64,000 nt of DNA. Origin: Tubiluchus corallicola (Eukaryota > Animalia > Priapulida). Location: NCBI GenBank assembly GCA_030141605.1, contig JAQGDQ010000060.1, positions 682,001 to 746,000 of the forward strand, in the 5' to 3' direction. How positions within the stretch are numbered: the first letter of the stretch is position 1; every line of letters starts with the position of its first letter. The notes beneath the pieces were generated by a model that searched no databases, was not told the origin of the DNA, and saw nothing but the letters and a program-made list of their open reading frames with translations. The position numbers were made by a program, and so were the translations under genes. Shown here one piece after another: positions 49,620-61,033 of the stretch.

Positions 49620-52600
49620 ATGGCGGCAACTGAGCAAGCTACGAAAAATCAGATCACCTTGAAGGGATCAGCAGAAATCGTTGCTGAATTTTTTTGTGGG
49701 TATTATGATGTTACAGTAGGTAAATTATTCAAAAGCTGGAATAATGAAACATTTTCAGTACTTAGCCATTAAATCTAGGAAGACACACGGACAGTGAAAG
49801 TATGAATGTACAGTGTCATGACATTGTGTCTCATACTTCAAAAATAAACAATAGTAGATGAGATATTTAGGAGCCAAGTTATTGATACTTTTAAAAAATA
49901 TAATCAGGTTCATCCGAAAGTGCACTGACTGTCACCTTAACAGTTTAAAATGGCCAAGGTCAATATGATTTATACTACTGGATGGTGAAAATGAATCTCA
50001 GCACTTATTTTGGCATACTTCTAATCTTTTTTGGTAGCGTCAGATAGTCAGGAAAATTAAAAAGAAGGAGCATAGTCAAAAAGACTGCAGCCGACATGCA
50101 ATTAATTTTTGTGTGTGTTTAGTCGAAATTATTCTTGTACTAGAGAGTTTTAAGAAAAAGTTGTAACACTCACCATTCGAAATGTTGAGATCTACATTCT
50201 AGTCTCCAGTTAATGCCTTTGCATATTAAATTTTCTAATGATTTAGCAGATGGTAAACTGGTACCAATGGATGTGAGTACTCTAAACAGATAATAAATTT
50301 TGATTAAGTTCCATTTTTGAACCAAATAATGTTGAGCCTGTTTTGCTGAAATATTCAAATGCTTTTTGAACATTTGAGCAACCAGACTGGAGCAAAACAG
50401 AGTCATCATCATGCTAGTAGCATATTTGCTTATCTAATACAACTGCTACCCATGTCATTGATGTAATCAATAGAGTGGCAGTAGAAGACGCTTAACAAAA
50501 TTGACCAGATTAGGGAATGCCACGAGAATACCTTAAAAGAGATCGAAGGTATATTCATTAACACAGACACACTGGTGCCTGTTGGTTATGTGAGATACTC
50601 AAACCATGTTAATGAAATTTCTCATCAAGTGACCTTAGCTACCTTGGTGGTCTTGTCCAATAGTATATTATTAAGTCTGATGGTATCAAATTAACTATAT
50701 GAGTTATTGCTTGTTATAGACTATATGTTATAGACTTGTTATATGTTATGCAATCATACCAGATAATAGCATAACAAAGTACAAAATTATTGATGCCAAC
50801 ATGATTATTTGCATTGTGAATCGTTATTTTTAAGTTTTCTATTTTGCTACGTTAATCTGTTCTTTCTTTTTTAGCTTATGGAGTTAATAGTATATTATAT
50901 CAGAGGGGGATATATCCACCGGAAATGTTCACTCGAGTGCAGAAATATGGGCTTACTCTTTTAGTTACGACCAATGATGACGTAAAAAATTATTTATCTA
51001 GTGTTTTAAAATATATCATGCGTAAGTATTTTCTTTGTGTTGTTTCATTACATTTTCATTACTTGCATTTTTTCTTAAGAGAGGGCACCACTTTCTACAA
51101 CCATATCACAAATCCATGTATTAAATAATAAAGGTAAACATATTAATAGTCTGTGAAACAGTTTGTCCATCTGTCAGGTTCTGTTAATTGAATTTTCAGT
51201 ATTGATCTTTTATACTATATAGGAATGGATCTTGCAAATGAGTATTTATAATACCTATATGGTGAAAATTTCTTGTCAAAAAGGAATAACAGTTTAACTT
51301 GTCGTAACCTCGTTTTCACCTTTGCTTTGATAGAAACACGTATGATTCTATCATGTAGCAGCTAAAACCGCAAGAAAAATCCCAAGAAGGTTTTCAAACA
51401 CAAAATTTAGCCTATTCTATTATACCACGAGTTAAGAATAGGTTAAATTTTGTGTTTGGAAACCTTCTTGAGATAGTTCTTGCCATTTTAGCTGCTACAT
51501 GATAGGATCAACTGTCACTATTCTTTAACCTTGTTATAGAAACTATTCTTAGTTAGAGCACTCATGATAGTGTGCCTTGACATGAAACGGCCTTCCTTCG
51601 CTCAAGGAATTTCTGTGAATGATCTTGTCACTATGACGCGTATTACATAGCACCACTTGCAATTTACAGGCCACTCAAATGTGGTTATAGTTTTAGCATC
51701 TGCAAAATTTAACTTTTAATTTCAGAGTGGCTCATTAGCAAAACGCTAAAGAAATTGGTTTTAGTGATCTCAAATCTAGATACGCAAGAAGTATTGGAGC
51801 GGTGGCAGTTTGATATTGAATCTGACAAAAGCTCAACCGAAGAAAGGTAATCTATTAACTTTGTATTTAATTCAGCGAAATGCATAAATATCAGATTTGC
51901 AAACAGTTTCTACATCAGTAAACACCTAATTGTTTTTAGTCTATTGTATGCAACGTTGTCGAACCAAATGGTTTAATTATTATGTGATGACTAAATGAAT
52001 AAAAGAATCAGCATCGTATTTCAGAATGCAGCAGGGTGATTTACTTGCTAAAAGCTTCATGTTTTTATTTTTAAAATCCTCATTTGATTTTAAAAAAAGG
52101 TGCGAGTATTAAATAGTTTTTGACAATTTTACATTGACTTTGTGATACCTTCACAACATAATGTAACTAGTAGGTGAATTTTGACATAGAATAGTTGTTC
52201 AATGTGATATTGTAGATATTATTTTTTGTGTTAAACTTTAGCGTCTAATAATATCTGCAGTATTTTATTTCACAGTGCATCTTATAAATTTATGTACAAT
52301 TTAAGTGATGAAAATTGCAAGCATGGTTCTAGTTTATTAGTTGTTTGTATTTACTCATTGTTTTCAACTACAGCGTTCATAGTTTGTTTTAGTGTACAAA
52401 ATTATACAAAACTTGTTTTTAGGTACAAAAAATAGTTTTTTAGGTTTAAGAAGCTGCAAAAAAATATCCTGTGTTTTAGTATACATAGTATGCAAAATTT
52501 GTTTTTAGGTATAAAAAATAAAAAAAGTTCTATGTTTTAGGATGCATAGAATGTAAAATTTGTTTCTTACACATAAAAAATACAAAAATATGCCATGTTG

Positions 52601-55600
52601 TATATACATAGTATGCAAAATTTGTTTTTAGGTATAAAAAAATACAAAATATGCCATGTTTTAGTATACATAGTATAGAAAATTTGTTTTTTAGGTACAA
52701 AAAAATACAAAAATATACTATGTTTTAGTATACATAGTATAGAAAATTTGTTTTTTGGTATAAAAATACAGAAATATACTATGTTTTAGTATACATAGTA
52801 TGCAAAATTTGTTTTCTAGGTATAAATAATACAAAAATATACTATGTTTTGCTATACATAGTATAGAAATTTTTTTTTGTAGTGCACCAAAACAGAAAGA
52901 TCTAAAGGAGATTCAGAATGAGATCCGCACGGTTATTAGACAAATCACGGCCACCGTGACTTTCCTGCCACTTCTTGAAGGACCTTGTATGTAAAACTAA
53001 TTTTAATAATACTCATTATTTGCTTTAATAAGATGAATAGCATATTAAGTTTTATAATCAGTTCACATACCTACTACATACAGACTGGAAATGGTGCAGC
53101 GCTGTTATGTGTGTTACGTGTTCGGGTTTAAGGAAAACCAGACCCAATGTTAAACTACAGCCAAAACAATCTGTTCTATAAAATATTGAAAGAGAATATA
53201 GGCATACTATTTTTTCAAGATTGACTTACGCGACATGATTATTAACACAGAAACGTACCTTAGTTCACATAAAAGTTTTTCGATGGTGTTGCTGTATCCT
53301 TAAAAATACCTGCTATTGTTGAAAATCTACCTTGCAGGTGTTCTGATAAACTTTCACCTGCATAGTGTCTGGCTTTCACGTCTCAGTTTTCTATTTTCAT
53401 TCTCGTGGAAACTTGTTGCATTTTTAGGTAGGCTGCGTACTCACTTCAATGTAATTACGATAAAATTTAGTTTTTTTTATCTTCAGGACTTTCGTACAGT
53501 TTAGATTGTGTGGAAAAGCTGATTGGTGGGAAAGTGCGCTTAGGACTGAAGTTAAGCAGTGCCGAGCTTTGTCAGCAAATGGATGTGTGACCACCTAGAT
53601 TTTTGGTGGTGCCATCTGCTATGCTGCTGTAGCTAATTATTTTGCTGAGGGAGGATATAGGTGTATGTGAAGTTGTCCAAGACCCCCCTTCTATTTCATT
53701 GTCTAATCTCAGTGGCTTATCCTTGATAATTAGCTAGATTTGGATCCTCCCTCAACTGCATCAACATTAAGTAGTGCTGCTGCTGAATGGAAGCATCCCG
53801 GCAGTTTAAAACAAAAGAAAGTTTTGCTCAACGTCACATTTTCCCGGAATGTATTACGATCATCTTGTGACAAGTGAAGGTTTATTGTGTTGTGAATGAC
53901 ATTTAGCATTTACTTGAATTACACTCATATCTCGGTTTGCCGGACAAACTGGACAAGCGGGGAGACATCGGTCCGAATTTGCCGATTGTCCGTATTTACT
54001 GATACTAAGCTAATACAGTAGGTGCCGTGTTTTCGACTCACGGTAAAGTAGAACTAAATGCCTAATTGAATAAAAAATGCCTAATACGGCAGCTCCTATG
54101 CAAAAGTTTATAAAAATTGCCAGCAATTGACTCGGATAAACCACTTAAACAAGCTGACATGCTGATATAGTGCTGTAAGCAAGTGATGGCCCACCAAGTA
54201 GCGGTCAGCTCGCGAAACAACGGACTGAATCCGTAGTGTGCGGGACTTTTAACAGTCCAGATTTTGTCCGATTTTTCCGATACCATTCAAAGTGAGGTCT
54301 GGCAAACTGACATATGAGTCTAAAATTTTTCAGTATTCTGCTGCAGAATCATGCAAAAGATCAATGATTGTTTCAGGCGCATTTGATTTGAATATCTACA
54401 CAGATAAAAACATGGAAACCCCAGAAGAGTGGCAGGAATCGGCTCCTAGGCTAATAGCTAATTCTCAGGAGGTACAGTTCTTATGAATTCTTTTAGTTTA
54501 GCATTTTTGTATCATTTTTTCCACCAAATTAAAGAAGTACAGTGTTCCCTCGCTACTTCGCAGTTTGTTTATCGTGGACTCGCTGTTTCGCGGGTTTTCA
54601 AAAATATTAATGTAAAATATTTATTGCAGTATTTTCGCTGTTTGGCGGGTTTTTGCGGTACTCCGTCTAAAGTATTTTTGCACATGCGTAGTACCCAGAT
54701 TGGGAGTTAGGTAAAACTGCTTGCACAGAACCCAGATTGGGAGTTAGGTAAAACTGCTTGCACAGAACCCAGATTGGGAGTTAGGTAAAACTGCTTGCAC
54801 AGAACCCAGATTGGGAGGTAGGTAAAGCTGTTTGCACAGAACCCAGATTGGGAGTTAGGTAAAACTGCTTGCACAGAACTCAGATTGGGAGTTAGGTAAA
54901 ACTGCTTGCACAGAACCCAGATTGGGAGTTAGGTAAAACTGCTTGCACAGAACCCAGATTGGGAGTTAGGTAAAACTGCTTGCACAGAACCCAGATTGGG
55001 AGTTAGGTAAAACTGCTTGCACAGAACCCAGATTGGGAGTTAGGTAAAACTGCTTGCACAGAACCAAGATTGGGAGTTAGGTAAAACTGCTTGCACAGAA
55101 CCCAGATTGGGAGGTAGGTAAAACTGCTTGCACAAAACCCAGTTTGGGAGTTAGGTAAAACTGCTTGCACAAAACCCAGATTGGGAGGTAGGTAAAACTG
55201 CTTGCACAAAACCCAGATTGGGAGTTAGGTAAAGCTGCTTGCACAGAACCCAGATTGGGAGTTAGGTAAAACTGTTTGCACAAAACCCAGATTGGGAGTT
55301 AGGTAAAACTGCTTGCACAAAACCCAGATTGGGAGTTTGGTAAAGCTGCTTGCAGAAAACCCAGATTGGGAGTTAGGTAAAACTGCTTGCACAGAACCCA
55401 GATTGGGAGTTAGGTAAAGCTGCTTGGACTATGTTTGGGATTTCACGCACTCATCTCTCCTCTTGAATCTTTTTTCCTCTTTTCCCTTTGTGTTTTCTGT
55501 AACACTAGTGTAAGTCATAAGTGTGAAATTATGATGTCGTGTATGAAATTATTTCTTTACAAACTTAAGATAACCATTATTCTTTAATTGTGTGGAACCA

Positions 55601-57705
55601 CAGTGTTGCAGGTACAAATGTTTTGGTCCATTACCCCTTCCCTATGTATTATATGCATTAGAAGCCACAATATATTAGACTGTAGTTCAACAAGCTAGAC
55701 TACTTTTTATAGTATATTGTATAGGCGAAACTTGTTATGTAGACACGTCTTTCTTACATTTAAAATTTGACTTGTAATTATGCTGCTACCTTTTACTGAC
55801 ATTCTGGCTTTTTCTCGACTCAATATTGGACCAACAATGTATGTATGCATTTTAGCCTTTTAATGTAACGTAGTAATCTGTAGCACTGTTTTCAGTAGTT
55901 TTGTAGAAGTAATAATTGTAGCCTAGAGAAAATTAGTATTTTTTGCAGAATAAACTAACATAGATATGGGAACGCAACATTGGTTTCAGCTTATACATTA
56001 CACACAGTCACCCAATATGTCATTTTCAGGTTGTCATTTGCGAAATGAAATTTAAGTATAAAATTGTGCAGCAGAATAGATTGAGAAAGTTTCAATGTCC
56101 CTAAACCTGGTGCAAATTTAATGTGTTCTGTTGTATGAGAATAGTGTTGTTGAAAAGTTCAATTGATTTTGCCATTAAACATCAAATGCAGCTTAATTTT
56201 TAATAGCGCAAATGCTCTAACTAAGATTTTCTGATACTTTTAACCTTTTCTTGATGACTTATATAAGAGGAAATGTGGCGTGAAGCAACCATTTCCGAGG
56301 AAAATCTGGAAGTTAATTTCGCGCATTTTACTCGCTAGATGGCGCCAGGAACTCCTTTGCCAGCATTTGAGTTTGGTTGTCACGCGTCGCACTTCACTGT
56401 GTAACATTGTTTACAAATCTGCTTCACAGAAACGACGCGGTGTCCAAGGAAGCCGTTGTTAGCACATTTGTTTAGCCATTCCGAAGTTTCACGAGCAAAA
56501 CTAAAAGAAGTGTTTTGGAGGAAAATGCAACTTCAAGGTTGATTTCATTAGGAAGGAAAAAAGAAACTTAATAAAATTAGTGTTAAATTTTAAATACCAG
56601 TTAGCTGTTTTTATAGGTTTTACATGTCAAATGTAGACCTACGTTAACTCAAATGTAGACTTAGGTATTTCAAATGTGTCTTGGTAATTCGAATGTCAAC
56701 TTAGGTAGTTCAAATGTGTTAACAATGGTTTTCAACAAATCTTAAGCGTTTTTGGTATGACAAATATAGGCACATGTCATGTCAAATGTGACATTGGTAT
56801 CTCCAATGTGGATAGGTGTTAGAGCTTAAGGATGTTAAAGTTAATCTTCTTTAATTTAATTTAATAATTGCTCTTAAGACTGTGAAAATAATAACTTTAT
56901 AGGTCTACTAATAGTTCACTAATATTCTGTAAACTTTACATACCATTGGAACTGTTAGAGAAAACAATACATTCTTAAAATAAACAATGTTTCTTGAGAG
57001 AAACTAATTCATTAATGCAGTGCTAATGCATTACTTAAAAAACTAATTAGTGATTCACTGTTCATTGAGAAGTGGGATCCAATTTATTCTTTCTTTGAGT
57101 TACCAAAACACATTTGAAATTTTTATGTCTACATTTGACTTACCTAAGTCACATTTGAACTTTCCTGTGTCTGTATTTGACTTACCTAAGTCACATTTGA
57201 ACTTTCCTGTGTCTACATTTGACTCACCTAAGTCACATTTGAACTTTCCTGTGTCTACATTTGACTCACCTAAGTCACATTTGAACTTTCCTGTGTCTAC
57301 ATTTGACTCACCTAAGTCACATTTGAACTTTCCTGTGTCTACATTTGACTCACCTAAGTCACATTTGAACTTTCCTGTGTCTACATTTGACTTACCTAAG
57401 TCACATTTGAACTTTCCTGTGTCTACATTTGACTTACCTAAGTCACATTTGAACTTTCCTGTGTCTACATTTGACTTACCTAAGTCACATTTGAACTTTC
57501 CTGCGTCTACATTTGATGTGTAAAACTTATATTAAGGAAAACTTGTTTTTACACCAAATATGACCTTTGAAAGCATTTTTTTTCACTTTGTTGAATATTC
57601 AGAATCACATAATAAAATACTTTTGTTTTTTAGGTACGTCTTCGATCCTTTTCTACATCAATACATAAAGTAGACACATTGGTTACATACAAGGGTGATG
57701 ATTGA
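49620..57705 (+). CDS. MAD2L1: Mitotic spindle checkpoint protein MAD2 (HORMA domain), about 204 aa. Exons 49620-49695, 50875-51021, 51726-51846, 52883-52986, 54377-54471, 57634-57705
   Basis: ITLKGSAEIVAEFF|SYGVNSILYQRGIYP...VQKYGLTLLVT|...EVLERWQFDIE|...IQNEIRTVIRQITATVTFLPLLE|CAFDLNIYTD...WQESAP...NSQE|VRLRSFSTSIHKVDTLVTYK. 615 nt including stop, phases consistent. Confidence 0.96.
51343..51510. repeat. Long inverted repeat (76-bp arms, 16-nt loop) in MAD2L1 intron 2
   Basis: 51343-51418 versus the reverse complement of 51435-51510: 8 mismatches by manual alignment. Confidence 0.9.
52400..52882. repeat. Degenerate 62-63-bp tandem repeat ending at the MAD2L1 exon-4 acceptor
   Basis: Unit approximately ATGTTTTAGTATACATAGTATGCAAAATTTGTTTTTAGGTATAAAAAAATACAAAAATATACT. 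Confidence 0.88.
53920..54322. mobile_element. Tc1/mariner-type MITE family B copy 3
   Basis: TIRs TACACTCATATCTCGGTTTGCCGGAC / GTCTGGCAAACTGACATATGAGTCTA. Confidence 0.8.
54538..54694. mobile_element. Truncated copy of the pogo/Tigger-like MITE (left end only)
   Basis: Matches 18238-18394, then runs straight into the 37-bp array. Confidence 0.8.
54693..55427. repeat. 37-bp minisatellite, about 20 copies
   Basis: Unit ACCCAGATTGGGAGTTAGGTAAAACTGCTTGCACAGA. Confidence 0.97.
56612..57531. mobile_element. Foldback-like TIR element with subterminal repeat arrays
   Basis: Left TATAGGTTTTACATGTCAAATGTAGAC versus right (reverse complement) TATAAGTTTTACACATCAAATGTAGAC; the left arm has degenerate CAAATGT..ACTTAGGTA units and the right arm is the 42-bp array. 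Confidence 0.7.
57127..57517. repeat. 42-bp minisatellite, about 9 copies (right arm of the foldback-like element)
   Basis: Unit GTCTACATTTGACT(T/C)ACCTAAGTCACATTTGAACTTTCCTGT. Confidence 0.96.
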
Positions 57706-58420
57706 CTGATTTCTCTGTGTAACAGAGTTGTAAATACCATGAAATTATTTATCTGGCAAGTCATGCATTGAGACTAACATCAGTATCATTTTAATCATGG
57801 AATAGGTTTTGTAATATTTGAGGATATTTTGTATTTTATTGTTCACTATTAAATTTCTTGTTTCTTTCTTAAGATGGTTTTTGTCTTTTTTTTGTGAAAT
57901 TTATATTTTAACAATGTTATGGTACACCATGGTGGTGATGTAGTTTTCCTTTTATGTGGTCAAATCTGTGTTTTGCATTTAATTATTCCTCTGGTTCTAG
58001 TTTTCTATAAGTTTCCCTGCTATGATGCTGATAGTGTTTCTGGTTCTCTTGGGAAGGCTCGGGTGTTGTCTGATTTTGTTTCAAGACGAACAGAAAATAT
58101 CCAGAATTGAAGCTAAGAAATCACTTCTCTGTTTAGCTGTGATGGAATCAGTGCAACATTGATCGTGTTCTAGATATAATCTACTTAAAAATTATCTAAG
58201 TATCTAGATAAAGTAATTATATACTTTGTTAACATATATATATATATATATATATATTCATTTTTTTTCGGTTTTTGTTCTAACAAAGTTATGAAAGACA
58301 TTAACAAAGTCAGTTGTGCTGGGGCCCTAGGGCAGTATACGCTGCTCCCCTGTCAGTGAGCCTGCGTGGAGCTCATTACTATTGCAGTAGTTTTATTCAG
58401 CCCTTTCTGTCTCGAGCCCA

Positions 58421-59035
<615 letters not shown>

Positions 59036-60083
59036 TTGTCCCTGTTACTTAGGAACTGAAAAATTCCCAACATCCATTATTGCGTATTTTCCAGGATTCG
59101 ATGTTTCTATTGATACTGGTAGATAGACTTTCAGACATACTAACTCAATGAATAATCTCACTTATGTTCACTACATACATTACATTTTCTGTTTACTTAA
59201 ATTTAGCGCAGCACTGATTTTTTCCTTTGCACCTTATGACCTTCACCTGGTTAAAAGTATTGAACTTGTTGCTTTAGATAAAACACGCGTTTCAAATTCT
59301 CTTCTCTATTGTGTGTGGCGACTACTTCACCCTTCCTGCCCTTGACCACACTACTGACCGATAGCCTAGATAAATTTCATTCACGAAAAACTTCTGAACA
59401 TGTAGTTTCAAAATGATTGAATAGGGTCGAATTTGTGAAACCATCCGAGGAAGGAGTCAGCTAGGCATAAAACTTTTGAAACATGGGGAGGGGAGTACAG
59501 GCTATGAACGTATTACAGTGTGTAAGTTGTTATTAAAGTTACTGGTTTCTGAGAAACAAAAATACATTCTTTTAAACATATTTGCAGTGTTATTGCTTAA
59601 TATATCTCTCAGTTTTGGGACTGGTTTATCATTTTACCTGCATTCATCAGAACTCAGCCCTCGCACGGGCGCATTTTTCGGATCACCCTTTATAAGAGGA
59701 TTTTAGAATGATGAATGATTTTACGTCGGTTATCTTTTTGTCTTCAGATAAAGTTTGTATTTGTGTGAAGCTGAGCGTGCTTAATTAATAGAAACATTGG
59801 GGGAAAGAGGAGGTTCTTGTTTGACAACTTAGACAAGGGTAATTATTTATGCAGCGGTGGGCAGAAAATGGGCTTACTGGAGCTGAGGTTTATTAGATTA
59901 TAGATCTGCGCCTGTGTTGTGCTACTTATCATTTCCTTTCCTGGGCTCCTTGGGGAACTTTTTTATTTGATTTGATTTATGAAATACATCCATAACAACC
60001 ACATAGCATTTAAATAGCCTTTATGAATTAGTACAAATAACATATTTATTATGTACCCAAAGTGCCAAGCTTCAAGTGTCCTA

Positions 60084-60900
60084 AACATCATAAACACAAG
60101 TCTGAACATCATAAAGAAAAGTCTGAACATCATAAAGAAAAGTCTGAACATCATAAACACAAGTCTGAACATCATAAACACAAGTCTGAACATCATAAAC
60201 ACAAGTCTGAACATCATAAACACAAGTCTGAACATCATAAACACAAGTCTGAACATCATAAACACAAGTCTGAACATCATAAACACAAGTCTGAACATCA
60301 TAAAGAAAAGTCTGAACATCATAAACACAAGTCTGAACATCATAAACACAAGTCTGAACATCATAAAGAAAAGTCTGAACATCATAAAGAAAAGTCTGAA
60401 CATCATAAACACAAGTCTGAACATCATAAACACAAGTCTGAACATCATAAAGAAAAGTCTGAACATCATAAAGAAAAGTCTGAACATCATAAAGAAAAGT
60501 CTGAACATCATAAACACAAGTCTGAACATCATAAACACAAGTCTGAACATCATAAACACAAGTCTGAACATCATAAACACAAGTCTGAACATCATAAACA
60601 CAAGTCTGAACATCATAAAGAAAAGTCTGAACATCATAAACACAAGTCTGAACATCGTAAAGAAAAGTCTGAACATCATAAACACAAGTCTGAACATCGT
60701 AAAGAAAAGTCTGAACATCATAAACACAAGTCTGAACATCGTAAAGAAAAGTCTGAACATCATAAACACAAGTCTGAACATCATAAACACAAGTCTGAAC
60801 ATCATAAAGAAAAGTCTGAACATCATAAACACAAGTCTCTGAACATCATAAAGAAAAGTCTGAACATCATAAAGAAAAGTCTGAACATCATGAAGAAAAG
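60084..60900. repeat. 21-bp minisatellite, about 39 copies, two interspersed main variants
   Basis: AAGTCTGAACATCATAAACAC and AAGTCTGAACATCATAAAGAA, with three CATCGTAAAGAA units. Confidence 0.97.
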
Positions 60901-60939
60901 TAAAAAGTTGAAGAGTAAAAAGTAACATGTCCAAAATTC

Positions 60940-61033
60940 AAGTTACTTCTGTAACTGCATCACTGATATATAATAATAATAATAATAATACTATTATTAT
61001 TATATATCAGTGATGCAGTTACAGAAGTAACTT
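60940..61033. repeat. Perfect inverted repeat, 42-bp arms, 10-nt loop
   Basis: AAGTTACTTCTGTAACTGCATCACTGATATATAATAATAATA at 60940-60981 and its exact reverse complement at 60992-61033. Confidence 0.93.

Noticed and set aside
57050-57523. 157-aa repeat ORF
   Set aside because: 42-bp array within the last MAD2L1 intron.
59963-60934. Three long overlapping ORFs of 263-323 aa
   Set aside because: Arise from a stop-free 21-bp unit; no independent coding evidence, so not called CDS.
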